The position numbers were made by a program, and so were the translations under genes. The notes beneath the pieces are model-generated. The model had not been told where the DNA came from. It saw only the letters and a program-made list of their open reading frames with translations, and searched no databases. Shown here piece after piece: positions 26,720-38,219 of a DNA stretch of 48,212 bases (position 1 is the stretch's first letter; each line of letters starts with the position of its first letter). Location of the stretch: contig JAGGXC010000015.1 in NCBI GenBank assembly GCA_021163265.1, positions 1-48,212 on the forward strand. The letters run 5' to 3'. Source of the stretch: a bacterium. GTDB taxonomy: Bacteria; Patescibacteriota; Minisyncoccia; Minisyncoccales; JAGGXC01.

Positions 26720-29700
26720 ATGAAAGTAACCGAACTTGAAGCAATTAGAATAAAATTAGCTTCTCCTCAAGATATATTGAATTGGTCATACGGAGAAGTT
26801 ACAAAACCAGAGACTATTAATTACAGAACTCAGAGACCAGAAAAAGATGGTTTGTTTTGTGAAAGAATATTTGGACCTAGCAGAGACTACCAATGTTACT
26901 GCGGAAAATATAAAGGAGTAAGATTTAAAGGAATAATATGCGATCGTTGCGGAGTGGAAGTTACAAAATCTCAAGTTCGGCGTGAAAGAATGGGGCATAT
27001 TAAATTAGCTGCTCCCTGTTCGCATATCTGGTTTCTGAAAGGTGTTCCTTCAGTGATGGGACAGATTTTAGATATTTCAATGCAAAAGTTAGAGAGAGTT
27101 GTTTATTTTTCTGCTTATATTGTAACAAAAATAGACGAAGAGGCTCGTAAGAGAATTCTTTCCGAGATAGAAAAGGAATATGAATTAAAACTTAAAAGTA
27201 TTAAAAAAGAATCCAAAGGTAACCAGAAACAAACAAAGAAATTAATTCAGGAATTAAAAGAGGCTCGTGAGAAAGCTCGAAAGGAAGTACTTGAGTTAAA
27301 AAGATTAGATGTTCTTTCTGAAATTGATTATCAAAATCTTTCTTTGAAGTATGGAGAGATGTTTGAAGCGGGAACAGGCGCAGAAACTTTAAAAAAGATT
27401 TTCTCCGAGATTAATTTAGAAGAAGAGATTTCAAAATTAAAGGAAAAGCTGAAAAAAACACAGCAGATAGATAGAAAAAAAGTTTTAAGAAGGTTAAAGA
27501 TTTTCAAAAAGATGCATGAGCAAAAAATTAGACCTGAATGGATGTTTCTTACAGTGTTGCCTGTTCTTCCTCCTGATTTGCGACCAATGGTTCAACTTGA
27601 CGGAGGCAGATTTGCTTCCTCTGATCTGAATGACCTCTATAGAAGGGTAATCAATAGAAATAATCGTCTTAAGTATTTGCTAGAGATCTCCGCCCCCGAG
27701 GTAATTATAAGGAATGAAAAAAGAATGCTGCAGGAAGCAGTAGATGCTTTAATTGATAATGGAATGAGAAAAACGCAAACTACAAGAGCTAGTACTGGAG
27801 GTAAAAGAGAACTGAAGTCATTAGCTGATATGCTTAAAGGAAAACAAGGAAGGTTTAGAAGAAATTTATTAGGGAAAAGAGTAGATTATTCTGGACGTTC
27901 TGTTATTGTTGTAGGACCTGAATTAAAACTTTCTGAGGTTGGTATTCCAAAGAAAATGGCTCTCGAGCTTTTCAAACCTTTTGTTATTCATAAAATCCTT
28001 AAACAAGAACTAGCTTATAATGTGAGAGGAGCTACTCGTTTGATCGAGGAAGAAATACCAGAGGTATGGGCAATTCTTGAGGAAGTAGTGAAAGATAAAT
28101 TGGTATTATTGAATAGGGCACCCACACTTCATCGATTGGGAATTCAAGCTTTTAGACCAGTCCTTATAGAAGGCGAAGCAATCAGAATTCATCCAATGGT
28201 ATGCCAGGCTTTTAATGCAGATTTCGACGGAGATCAAATGGCTGTTTTTGTACCTTTACTTTCCGAAGCACAACAGGAAGCTAGAAAAATAATGCTTTCT
28301 TCTCTTAATCTTCTCAAACCAGCTACAGGATTGCCTGTAGTCTCTCTTAGTAAAGATATAATTTTGGGATGTTATTGGCTTACCACGATTAAAGAAGGAC
28401 AAAAAGGAGAAGGAAAAGTTTTTGGATCGCCCGAAGAGGCTATTATGGCGTTTGAGTTAAAGCATATTGATTTGAGAGCAAAAATAAAAGTTCTGATTAA
28501 CGGAGTTCTAAAAGAGACCTCAGTTGGGCGTATTCTTTTTAATCAAGCTCTTCCGGAAGATTTTCCTTTTCAGAACATCAGAGTTAAATTAAAAGATTTG
28601 AAAAATATAGTAAGTGAGATTATTGAAGCTCATAAAACCGAGACAGGCTATTTGCCGATAGTGGAGGAGACTTTAGATAAAATAAAAGAAATAGGTTTTG
28701 AGTATTCTACAAAATCAGGGATTACTTGGGGGATGGATGATTTAGAGGTTCCTCCCAAGAAAGCAGAAATCATTGCTAAAGCAGAGAAAAAAGAAGAGCA
28801 GATTAAGAATAATTTTGAAAAAGGCTTGCTTTCTGCAGAAGAAAGAGACGGCGAAATAATAAAGGTATGGCAAGAAGCAAAAAGTGAGATTATAGAAGAG
28901 CTTTCTAAAACGCTTCCCAAAGATGGGCCGGTGTTTATTATGGTTGATTCAGGAGCGCGAGGTTCTTGGACTCAACCGGTTCAGATGGCAGGGATGAAAG
29001 GATTAGTGATTAATCCTATGGGACGTATCATAAAATTACCAGTAAAAAGCTCTTATACAGAAGGATTTAATGTATTGGAATACTTTATTTCTACTCACGG
29101 AGCTAGAAAAGGAACAGCTGATACTGCTCTTAGGACGGCAAAAGCAGGTTATTTAACAAGGAGATTAATAGATGTTGCACACGAGGTTTTAGTTACAGAA
29201 GAAGATTGCGGAGACAGAAAAGGAATTGTTGTGTTTAGAGAAGATGCAGAGAATTTGGGTCAGAAGTTTTTGTTTAAAATATTAGGCAGGGTTTCGCTCG
29301 AGGAAGTAAAGGTGAAAGGAGAAGTTGTCTTGAAAAAGGGAGAATTAATAGATTTTGAAAAGGCAAAAAAGATTATAGAAGCAGGGGTTCCTCAACTTAG
29401 AGTTCGTTCGCCTTTAAGTTGTAAAACATTGCGAGGTGTGTGCCAGAAATGTTATGGTTGGGATTTGGGAAGAAACAGAATGGTTAAATTAGGAGAAGCG
29501 GTAGGAGTAGTAGCTGCTCAAGCAATAGGAGAACCAGGTACACAGCTTACATTAAGGACTTTCCATACTGGTGGAGTAGCAGAAGGGGGAGATATTACTC
29601 AAGGTTTACCCCGAGTAGAAGAGATTTTTGAGAACAGAGCGCCAGGAGGAGAAGCAGTGATGAGCGAAGTTGATGGTCGAGTATCTTTAGTAGATGAGAA

Positions 29701-30295
29701 AAAGAAAATAGTGAAGATCTTAGTTTCTGATTCTAAAAACAAGAAGAAAGAAATAGAATACAAGATTCCCCAGGATTCTACCATCTGGGTAAGAAAAGGA
29801 CAGGAAGTTAAAAGAGGCACTCAACTTTGTGAGGGAAGTTTAAGTCTTAAAAAACTATATCGTCTTAGAGGTATTGAAGATACCTGGCGTTATATTGTTA
29901 ATCAAGTTCAGAAAATTTATGCTTCTCAAGGAGTAGATATTCATGATAAACATATAGAGATTATTACAAGGCAAATGTTTTCGCGGGTAAGAATTAAAGA
30001 TGAAGGTGATTCAGATTTTATCCCTGGTGAAATTGTAGAAAAATCAGAGGTGGTTGAAGAAAATTTAAAACTAAAACAAGCGGGAAAGAGACCAGCAAAA
30101 GTTACTCAGCTCTTATTAGGGATTTCAAAAGTGGCTCTTACCACGAGAAGTTTTCTCTCAGCTGCTTCTTTCCAAGAAACTTCTCGCGTGCTAATAAAAG
30201 CAGCAATTGAAGGGAAAGAAGATAAACTCTTGGGTCTCAAAGAAAATGTGATTATTGGAAAATTGATCCCTGCAGGTACTGGTTTTAGGAAGTAA
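26720..30295 (+). CDS. rpoC: RNA polymerase beta' subunit
   Basis: KPETINYRT, zinc finger, catalytic NADFDGD, GEPGTQLTLRTFHTGG, LKENVIIGKLIPAGTG. Confidence 0.99.
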   Translation: MKVTELEAIRIKLASPQDILNWSYGEVTKPETINYRTQRPEKDGLFCERIFGPSRDYQCYCGKYKGVRFKGIICDRCGVEVTKSQVRRERMGHIKLAAPCSHIWFLKGVPSVMGQILDISMQKLERVVYFSAYIVTKIDEEARKRILSEIEKEYELKLKSIKKESKGNQKQTKKLIQELKEAREKARKEVLELKRLDVLSEIDYQNLSLKYGEMFEAGTGAETLKKIFSEINLEEEISKLKEKLKKTQQIDRKKVLRRLKIFKKMHEQKIRPEWMFLTVLPVLPPDLRPMVQLDGGRFASSDLNDLYRRVINRNNRLKYLLEISAPEVIIRNEKRMLQEAVDALIDNGMRKTQTTRASTGGKRELKSLADMLKGKQGRFRRNLLGKRVDYSGRSVIVVGPELKLSEVGIPKKMALELFKPFVIHKILKQELAYNVRGATRLIEEEIPEVWAILEEVVKDKLVLLNRAPTLHRLGIQAFRPVLIEGEAIRIHPMVCQAFNADFDGDQMAVFVPLLSEAQQEARKIMLSSLNLLKPATGLPVVSLSKDIILGCYWLTTIKEGQKGEGKVFGSPEEAIMAFELKHIDLRAKIKVLINGVLKETSVGRILFNQALPEDFPFQNIRVKLKDLKNIVSEIIEAHKTETGYLPIVEETLDKIKEIGFEYSTKSGITWGMDDLEVPPKKAEIIAKAEKKEEQIKNNFEKGLLSAEERDGEIIKVWQEAKSEIIEELSKTLPKDGPVFIMVDSGARGSWTQPVQMAGMKGLVINPMGRIIKLPVKSSYTEGFNVLEYFISTHGARKGTADTALRTAKAGYLTRRLIDVAHEVLVTEEDCGDRKGIVVFREDAENLGQKFLFKILGRVSLEEVKVKGEVVLKKGELIDFEKAKKIIEAGVPQLRVRSPLSCKTLRGVCQKCYGWDLGRNRMVKLGEAVGVVAAQAIGEPGTQLTLRTFHTGGVAEGGDITQGLPRVEEIFENRAPGGEAVMSEVDGRVSLVDEKKKIVKILVSDSKNKKKEIEYKIPQDSTIWVRKGQEVKRGTQLCEGSLSLKKLYRLRGIEDTWRYIVNQVQKIYASQGVDIHDKHIEIITRQMFSRVRIKDEGDSDFIPGEIVEKSEVVEENLKLKQAGKRPAKVTQLLLGISKVALTTRSFLSAASFQETSRVLIKAAIEGKEDKLLGLKENVIIGKLIPAGTGFRK

Positions 30296-30335
30296 TTTAA
30301 TGATATAATAAAAGAATGGATTATCTTTTACAACG

Positions 30336-32528
30336 ATGGTAAAGAAAAGAAAGAGAAATAATAAAACAAGCAAAATTAAGGCTAAATCAAAAAACGATCG
30401 CCATACCAGAACCAGAAAAGAGTTTATCGTCCTTCCAAGACAGATCAAGCAGAAGATTCTGTCGGTGGTGATGATACTGATTGCTGTAATAATTGTTTTG
30501 AGCTTTTTTAATTCAGCAGGGATAGCTGGTAGAGGTTTTATGAAAGCCTCTACATTTTTAATTGGAAAAGTTGTTTTTATATTGCCGATGTTTTTGGTAT
30601 TGGCAGCTTTTATTTTTTGGGAAGAATTAATTATTTTTGGCAAAAGGTGGTGGCTTCCGATATTAGCTATATTGGTTTTTCTTGTAGGGTTGTCAGGGAT
30701 ATTTGGTTCAATAAATCCATCTTCAAGAATGGGAGGATGGTTAGGATATGTGATAAGTTGGCCTTTGCTTTCTTTATTTGATTTTTGGGTTACAGTAATG
30801 ATTTTTGGAGGGATAAGTGTTATTGCAGGCTTAGTGCTTTTCTATCCTCTCTATAAGGAAAGAGAAAAACAAAAGCGAGAAAAAGAAGAAATTTCTTTTG
30901 TGAAAGAAGAAATTTTTCCCAGTTTTCGAGTGAAAGAAATTTCTTCTTATCGAGAGGATAAAAATAAGGAATTGTCAGAAGAAAAAATACAGAAGAAAGA
31001 AAAAGAAGTTTTATCCTCTCCAACAGATCTAAAATTAAAGCATATCCCTCTTACAAAAGAGGAAAAGAAATATCAACGACCTCCCTTTGAACTGTTAGAG
31101 AAAAACAGGAAAGGGCCCAAAACCGGCGATTTGCGAACAAATGCAGCGATTATTAAAAGAACTCTTCAGAATTTTAATATTCCTGTAGAGATGGGACATG
31201 TCAATATTGGACCTACCGTCACTCAATATACACTGAAACCTGCTGAAGGGATTAAGCTTTCTAGAATTACTTCTCTTTCTAATGATTTGGCTTTAGCATT
31301 GGCTTCTCATCCTATTAGAATTGAAGCGCCTATTCCAGGAAAATCACTGGTGGGGATAGAAGTACCGAATCAGACAAGAGGAGAGGTAAGGTTGAGAGAT
31401 CTTATTGAAAATCCAACTTTTTGGAATGCGCCTTCGAGATTGACATTTGTTTTAGGGAAAGATGTTTCAGGTAATCCGGCTTATGCCGATTTAGCCAAGA
31501 TGCCTCATCTTTTGGTAGCAGGAAGTACCGGAAGCGGAAAAACAGTTTTTTTAAACAGTCTTATTTTGAGCTTGATTTATCGTAATTCTCCTCATATTCT
31601 AAAGTTTGTTTTAATTGATCCTAAACGTGTTGAATTTCCAGTGTATAAAGGTATTCCTCATCTGATTAATTCGGTTATTTGCGATAACAATAAATCTGTA
31701 ACTGCCCTGAATTGGTTAATTGAGGAGATGGAACGAAGATTTGATATTTTCTCAAAAGTGAAAGCAAAAGATATAAACTCTTATAACGAGCAGGTAGTTA
31801 ATGGAAATGCAAGTTTAATTCCTTATATTGTTTTGATTATCGATGAGCTGGCGGATCTTATGGTAGCAAAAGGGAGAGAAGTAGAAACAGCAATTGTAAG
31901 ATTGGCTCAGATGGCGCGGGCAGTAGGGATTCATTTAGTCGTAGCTACCCAGAGACCATCGGTTGAAGTAATTACTGGGCTTATAAAAGCGAATATCACC
32001 TCGCGGGTAGCTTTTCAAGTAGCTTCGCAAATAGATTCAAGGACAGTTTTTGATATGGCAGGAGCAGAAAAACTATTAGGAAGAGGAGATATGCTTTTTA
32101 TTTCATCTGAGGTTTCAAAACCAAAAAGAATTCAAGCGCCATTAGTAACAGAAAAAGAAGTAAAAAAAGTAGTTAAGTTCTTAAAAGATCAATTTGAACT
32201 AAAAGAAACAGGACATGAAGAGCTTTCTGAAAATCTTGAACAGAGGCTTGCTGAAAGCTCTGAATCTGCTTTTAGTGCTTTTTCTAGAGGAGAAGATCCC
32301 CTTTACGAGACAGCTAAACAAGTAGTTATTAATGCAGGAAAGGCTTCTGCTTCTTTATTGCAGAGACGCCTTCAGATTGGCTATGCTAGAGCAGCGCGTT
32401 TGATTGATATGCTTGAAGAAAGAGGGATTGTTGGTCCTCCTGAAGGCGCTAAACCAAGAGAGGTATATGGCGATAAAGAAAACAATCTTGAGAATAATGA
32501 TTCTCAAGATGGATTTTTTAAGATATAA
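30336..32528 (+). CDS. ftsK: DNA translocase FtsK/SpoIIIE
   Basis: Four N-terminal TMs, PHLLVAGSTGSGKT, IDELADLM, ATQRPS, gamma domain LLQRRLQIGYARAARLID. Confidence 0.97.
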   Translation: MVKKRKRNNKTSKIKAKSKNDRHTRTRKEFIVLPRQIKQKILSVVMILIAVIIVLSFFNSAGIAGRGFMKASTFLIGKVVFILPMFLVLAAFIFWEELIIFGKRWWLPILAILVFLVGLSGIFGSINPSSRMGGWLGYVISWPLLSLFDFWVTVMIFGGISVIAGLVLFYPLYKEREKQKREKEEISFVKEEIFPSFRVKEISSYREDKNKELSEEKIQKKEKEVLSSPTDLKLKHIPLTKEEKKYQRPPFELLEKNRKGPKTGDLRTNAAIIKRTLQNFNIPVEMGHVNIGPTVTQYTLKPAEGIKLSRITSLSNDLALALASHPIRIEAPIPGKSLVGIEVPNQTRGEVRLRDLIENPTFWNAPSRLTFVLGKDVSGNPAYADLAKMPHLLVAGSTGSGKTVFLNSLILSLIYRNSPHILKFVLIDPKRVEFPVYKGIPHLINSVICDNNKSVTALNWLIEEMERRFDIFSKVKAKDINSYNEQVVNGNASLIPYIVLIIDELADLMVAKGREVETAIVRLAQMARAVGIHLVVATQRPSVEVITGLIKANITSRVAFQVASQIDSRTVFDMAGAEKLLGRGDMLFISSEVSKPKRIQAPLVTEKEVKKVVKFLKDQFELKETGHEELSENLEQRLAESSESAFSAFSRGEDPLYETAKQVVINAGKASASLLQRRLQIGYARAARLIDMLEERGIVGPPEGAKPREVYGDKENNLENNDSQDGFFKI

Positions 32529-32565
32529 TAGAATAAAATATTAATTTATTCTTTTTATTCTTTAT

Positions 32566-33570
32566 ATGCCCAAAAAGAGTGAAAAAAAGAACAAAGAAAA
32601 AGATCTAATGGAAACGGTAGACGAGATTAAACAGAGATTTGGCGAGGGTGCGATTATGAAATTAAAAGATGTAAAGGCAGTGGATGTAGATACAATTTCG
32701 ACAGGTTCTCTTTCTTTAGATCTTGCTTTAGGAGTAGGAGGAATTCCTAAAGGAAGGATAATAGAGATATTTGGTCCTGAAGCAGGAGGAAAAACAACTT
32801 TAGCCTTGCATATACTTGCTGAAGCTCAGAAGAAAGGAGGACAAGTGGCTTTTATTGATGCTGAGCATGCTTTAGATCCTGACTATGCTCGAAGGATCGG
32901 TGTGAATGTTGAAGAACTTTTAATTTCTCAACCCGATTCTGGAGAGCAAGCGCTTCAGATTTTGGAAACGTTGGTAAGATCGGGAGCAATATCAGCCGCT
33001 GTGGTTGATTCCGTTGCTGCTCTTACTCCTCGCTCAGAAATTGCAGGTGAAGTAGGCGATTTTCAAATAGGTTTACAGGCTCGATTAATGAGTCAAGCTC
33101 TACGTAAGTTATCAGGCGTTATAGCTAAAACAAATACTGCTGTTATATTTTTAAATCAGACACGAATGAAAATAGGACAAGCTTTTGGAAATCCTGAAAC
33201 TACACCAGGAGGATTGGCTTTGAAATTTTATGCTTCAGTGAGAATAAATTTGAGACGGATTGCTCAGCTGAAATCCGGAGATGAAATCATTGGAGGACGT
33301 CACAAAGCAAAGATTGTAAAAAACAAGGTAGCCGCTCCATTCAAAACGGCTGAATTTGATATATATTATAATGAAGGGATATCTCGAATTTCTGATATTC
33401 TGAATCTTGCTTTAAAAAAAGGAATTGTAAAAAGAAGCGGAAGTTGGTTCCAATATCAGAATAAAAAACTCGGTCAAGGGACCGAGGGAGCAAGGAGGTT
33501 TTTGAAGGAAAACCCGGAAGTAGCAAAAGAGATTGAGAAGGAGATCCTGGAATCAGAAAAGAAGCAATAG
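32566..33570 (+). CDS. recA: Recombinase RecA
   Basis: [41 protein letters not shown]. Confidence 0.99.
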   Translation: MPKKSEKKNKEKDLMETVDEIKQRFGEGAIMKLKDVKAVDVDTISTGSLSLDLALGVGGIPKGRIIEIFGPEAGGKTTLALHILAEAQKKGGQVAFIDAEHALDPDYARRIGVNVEELLISQPDSGEQALQILETLVRSGAISAAVVDSVAALTPRSEIAGEVGDFQIGLQARLMSQALRKLSGVIAKTNTAVIFLNQTRMKIGQAFGNPETTPGGLALKFYASVRINLRRIAQLKSGDEIIGGRHKAKIVKNKVAAPFKTAEFDIYYNEGISRISDILNLALKKGIVKRSGSWFQYQNKKLGQGTEGARRFLKENPEVAKEIEKEILESEKKQ

Positions 33571-33591
33571 TGATTTAATGAAGCAAGTAGT

Positions 33592-33795
33592 TTATTTAAT
33601 TACGAAAGGCAAGAGCCCTAAAAATCTTGCCCTTTTTATTGCCTTTGAGAGTTGTCTCTGATGTTTCGAACAAAGACCAGTCTTTTTTCTGGGTTTTATT
33701 TTTGCAGAGGCAGAAATAAACCTCTCAAGAGTTTTCTTGTCTTTGAAATCTATTTCTTTTAAATTGCGTTGGCAAAAGTAACAAGCTGTTTCCAT
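33592..33795 (-). CDS. rpsR: 30S ribosomal protein S18 (zinc-binding type)
   Basis: CYFC, IDFKD, TGLCSKHQRQLSKAIKRARFLGLLP. Confidence 0.96.
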   Translation of the reverse strand: METACYFCQRNLKEIDFKDKKTLERFISASAKIKPRKKTGLCSKHQRQLSKAIKRARFLGLLPFVIK

Positions 33796-33810
33796 ATTTT
33801 TTTTTAATTC

Positions 33811-34789
<979 letters not shown>

Positions 34790-34793
34790 ATTT

Positions 34794-35822
34794 TTATATT
34801 TTAAATTCTATAACATCTCCGTCTTGGACTTTATAATCTTTACCTACAATTTTGATTTCGCCATTTTCTTTGGCTCGAGCCCACGAGCCTAGTTCAATTA
34901 ATTTATTATGCGGGATCACTTCAGCTTTTATGAATTTTTCTTTGAAGTCCGAGTGTACTTTTTGAGCTGCTTCTGTGATTTCTGAATCTTTCTTGAGCGA
35001 CCATGCCCGAACCTCTTTTCCGCCTGCTATAGTGAAGAAGGTAATTAAGTTACCAGTATTATAGCAGGCTTTTATTAAATAATCAAGGCTTGAGTTTATT
35101 CCGATTTCTTCAGCTTCTTGCTGGGAAAGCTCAGAAATTTCTTCTTCTAATTTTAGATTAATTTTCATCTTTTCCGGACTAACTTTTGTTTCTCCGTCGG
35201 TATTAAAAAGATAAATTATTGGTTTTGCGCTTAGAAACTGAAATTCTTTTATTAATTCTTTTTCTTTGGAAGTAAGATTGAGTTCTAAGATGCTTTTGCC
35301 TTGAGAAAGTCCAGTTTTTATTTTATTTAGAATTTCCTCTTTGACTAAAGCCTCTTTTTCTTGCGCTTTTATTTTCTTTTCTAATTTCTCTAATATCTTT
35401 TCTGTGGTTTCTAGATCTTTTAAAATTAACTCTGTTTTAATAATCTCAATATCCCTCTGGGGATCTACGTTTTTTTCTGTATGTTCTACTTTGTTATTTT
35501 GAAAATCTCTTACTACTTCTAAAATAATCTGACATTCTCTAATTTGAGCAAGAAATTGATTTCCCAAACCTTCTCCCTTATGAGCTCCTTTTACTAGACC
35601 GGCGATGTCAACGAATTCGATGGTAGCAGGAGTAATTTTTGAAGGATTTATTAACTTTGCGATTTTGTAGAGTCTTTGGTCTGGGACAGCGATTTTTCCT
35701 ATATTAGGAGAAATAGTAGTAAAAGGATAAGAAGCAATATCCACACTCTTTTTTGTAAGAGCCTTAAAAAGAGTAGACTTGCCTGCATTTGGTAAACCAA
35801 CAATACCTACTGAAAAAGACAT
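34794..35822 (-). CDS. ychF: Ribosome-associated ATPase YchF
   Basis: Starts MSFSVGIVGLPNAGKSTLF (ATG at 35822), FVDIAGLVKGA, GKDYKVQDGDVIEF. Confidence 0.96.
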   Translation of the reverse strand: MSFSVGIVGLPNAGKSTLFKALTKKSVDIASYPFTTISPNIGKIAVPDQRLYKIAKLINPSKITPATIEFVDIAGLVKGAHKGEGLGNQFLAQIRECQIILEVVRDFQNNKVEHTEKNVDPQRDIEIIKTELILKDLETTEKILEKLEKKIKAQEKEALVKEEILNKIKTGLSQGKSILELNLTSKEKELIKEFQFLSAKPIIYLFNTDGETKVSPEKMKINLKLEEEISELSQQEAEEIGINSSLDYLIKACYNTGNLITFFTIAGGKEVRAWSLKKDSEITEAAQKVHSDFKEKFIKAEVIPHNKLIELGSWARAKENGEIKIVGKDYKVQDGDVIEFKI

Positions 35823-35846
35823 AAGTATATGGTATACTAAAAATAT
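35823..35846. promoter_or_regulatory. Overlapping divergent -10 elements (probable leaderless transcripts)
   Basis: 24-bp gap; + strand TGgTATACT 35830-35838 lies 8 nt before the ATG; - strand TACCAT 35834-35829 lies 6 nt before the ychF ATG. Confidence 0.5.
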
Positions 35847-37205
35847 ATGAAAATCAACCCTGATATATTTAGAGCCTACGATATTAGAGGAATTTATCCC
35901 AGAGAAATAAACAAAGCTGTTTCTTATCAGATAGCAAGAGCTTTTGTTTATTTTTTGAGTAAGAAATGCAGGCAAAAGCTCACTCTTTGTGTAGGAAGAG
36001 ATAACCGTCTTTCCTCTCCTTTATTGAGCAAAAAAATTATTCAAGGAATAATAGATTCTGGATCTAATGTTGTTAATATCGGCTTAGCTACGACCCCGAT
36101 GCTTTATTTTGCTGTAGCTCATTATAGATTATCGGGAGGGATAGAGGTTTCTGCTTCTCATAATCCGCCTCAGTATAATGGATTCAAGCTTGTAAGAGAA
36201 GACTCAAAACCTATTAGCAAGATCACTGGCATCGAAGAGATAAAAAAAATTGTTCTAAGCCAAAGAACTTTCTCTACCAAGAAACAAGGAAAAGAAACAA
36301 AAAAAAGGATAATAGGGGATTATGTAGATTTTATTTTGGGTGATATTGAGACTAAAAAAATAAAACCTTTAAAGATAGTTATTGATACCGCTAACGGAGT
36401 GGCAGGAATAGTGATAAAGCCAGTTCTTGAAAAATTTCCTTTGAAAGTTTATCATCTATTTTCAAAATTAGATGGTAGATTTCCTAATCATCTGCCTAAT
36501 CCCCTTGTGGAGGATAATCTAAGAGATATAAAAAAAGCAATAAAAAAACACAAAGCTGATCTAGGTGTGGCTTTTGATGGTGATGGAGACAGAATTGTTT
36601 TTTTAGATGAAAAAGCAAGAGTCGTTCCTGCTGACATAATTGGTGTTTTGGTGGCAGAGAGCATTTTAAAAAAACAACCTGGTCAGAAAATTCTTTATGA
36701 TCTTCGTTCAAGCAATATCGTAAGGGAGAAGATAAAAGAAGCAAAAGGTATTCCTTTAATGAGCAGAGTGGGTCATTCCTTTATTAAGGAAAGAATGAGA
36801 AAGGAGAATATTATTTTTGCTCAAGAACTTTCTGGCCATTATTATTATAAAGGAAGATATTTTGCTGAAAGTCCGTTCTTTGTTTTCTTTGAAATTATTC
36901 AAAGAATCTCTGAATCAGGTAGAAAATTTTCTTATTTGGTAGATCAATATAAAAAATATTATCATTCAGGGGAGATCAATTTCAAAGTAGAAAATAAACA
37001 AAATAAAATAAGAGAAATTGAGAAAAGATTTTCTAAAGGAAAGAAATGTTATATCGATGGTCTTCGTATAGATTTTAAAGACTGGTGGTTCAATGTACGT
37101 CCCTCAAATACTGAACCGTTACTTAGATTGGTAATAGAGGCAAAAAACAAGAAGCTTTTGGAGAAGAAGAAAAAAGAACTCTCAAAATTGATTGAGAGAA
37201 GATAA
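35847..37205 (+). CDS. Phosphomannomutase/phosphoglucomutase
   Basis: FRAYDIRG, SASHNP phosphoserine loop, FDGDGDR metal loop, ELSGH, VRPSNTEP. Confidence 0.95.
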   Translation: MKINPDIFRAYDIRGIYPREINKAVSYQIARAFVYFLSKKCRQKLTLCVGRDNRLSSPLLSKKIIQGIIDSGSNVVNIGLATTPMLYFAVAHYRLSGGIEVSASHNPPQYNGFKLVREDSKPISKITGIEEIKKIVLSQRTFSTKKQGKETKKRIIGDYVDFILGDIETKKIKPLKIVIDTANGVAGIVIKPVLEKFPLKVYHLFSKLDGRFPNHLPNPLVEDNLRDIKKAIKKHKADLGVAFDGDGDRIVFLDEKARVVPADIIGVLVAESILKKQPGQKILYDLRSSNIVREKIKEAKGIPLMSRVGHSFIKERMRKENIIFAQELSGHYYYKGRYFAESPFFVFFEIIQRISESGRKFSYLVDQYKKYYHSGEINFKVENKQNKIREIEKRFSKGKKCYIDGLRIDFKDWWFNVRPSNTEPLLRLVIEAKNKKLLEKKKKELSKLIERR

Positions 37206-37232
37206 TCACTTTTAATCTAGCGGGCAAATTTG

Positions 37233-38210
37233 CTATATTATCCCTATTTTCTTGCGGACTTCTTCTATTGTAGATTGGGCCAATACTTTAGCCTTTTTTG
37301 CTCCCTGTTCTAAAATTTCTTCTATATAAACTTCTCTTGAGAGAAGATCTTTCTTTTTCCGTCTAAAAGGTTCAAATTTTTTTATTAAGAGTTTAGCTAG
37401 GGCTTTCTTGAAATCAGCATAGCCTTTTTTTGTAAACTTTTTCTCTACTTCTTTAATTGGTATGTCTGAAAAAATACTATAGATGTTTAAGAGGTTGGAA
37501 ATTCCAGCCTTTTTCTTTGGATCATATTTTATAGACCTACCTGTGTCTGTTACAGCTGACATTATTTTTTTCTTTATCGCTTCTGGTTCATCAAATATGC
37601 TGATATATGTTTCTGGTGGATCACTTTTTGACATTTTCTTTTTTGGTTCTTTCAGAGACATAATCTTGGCAGAAGATTCTAAAATAAGAGGTTTTGGAAG
37701 TTTAAATGTTTCTCCGAATTGCTTATTGAATTTTCTGGCAATTGTTCTTGTAAGCTCAATGTGCTGTTTTTGATCTTTTCCTACGGGCACCAGATCTGCT
37801 TTGTAAATTAGAATGTCTGCCGCCATTAAAATAGGATAATTTAAGAGGCCTGCGTTTACATTTTTCGGATGTTTCCTTGCTTTTTCTTTGAATTGAGTCA
37901 TTCGGCGCAAATCGCCAGCAGGAGTAACACAAGCAAGAAACCAGGTTAACTCTGTAATTTCTTTTATTTCTGATTGAACATACAAAATGCATTTTTGAGG
38001 GTCTATTCCTGTTGCTAAAACATCTGCCGCTTTTTCTAATATTTCTTTTCTGTAAGTTGTTGCCTGGTAAGGAGTGGTGATTCCATGGAGATCCGCAATG
38101 AAAAAAATACATTCATTATTATTTTGAAGTTCTACATAGTGTTTTACCGTATTTAGATAATTTCCAATATGAAGTGGTCCTGTTGGTCTTATACCTGTGA
38201 CTATTCTCAT
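37233..38210 (-). CDS. trpS: Tryptophan--tRNA ligase
   Basis: RPTGPLHIGNY, YPILMAADIL, VPVGKDQKQH, KMSKS. Confidence 0.97.
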   Translation of the reverse strand: MRIVTGIRPTGPLHIGNYLNTVKHYVELQNNNECIFFIADLHGITTPYQATTYRKEILEKAADVLATGIDPQKCILYVQSEIKEITELTWFLACVTPAGDLRRMTQFKEKARKHPKNVNAGLLNYPILMAADILIYKADLVPVGKDQKQHIELTRTIARKFNKQFGETFKLPKPLILESSAKIMSLKEPKKKMSKSDPPETYISIFDEPEAIKKKIMSAVTDTGRSIKYDPKKKAGISNLLNIYSIFSDIPIKEVEKKFTKKGYADFKKALAKLLIKKFEPFRRKKKDLLSREVYIEEILEQGAKKAKVLAQSTIEEVRKKIGII

Positions 38211-38219
38211 TTTTTTTGA

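Noticed and set aside
35823-35975. Extended ychF start overlapping the phosphomannomutase gene
   Set aside because: YchF homology begins at MSFSVGIVG (35822)
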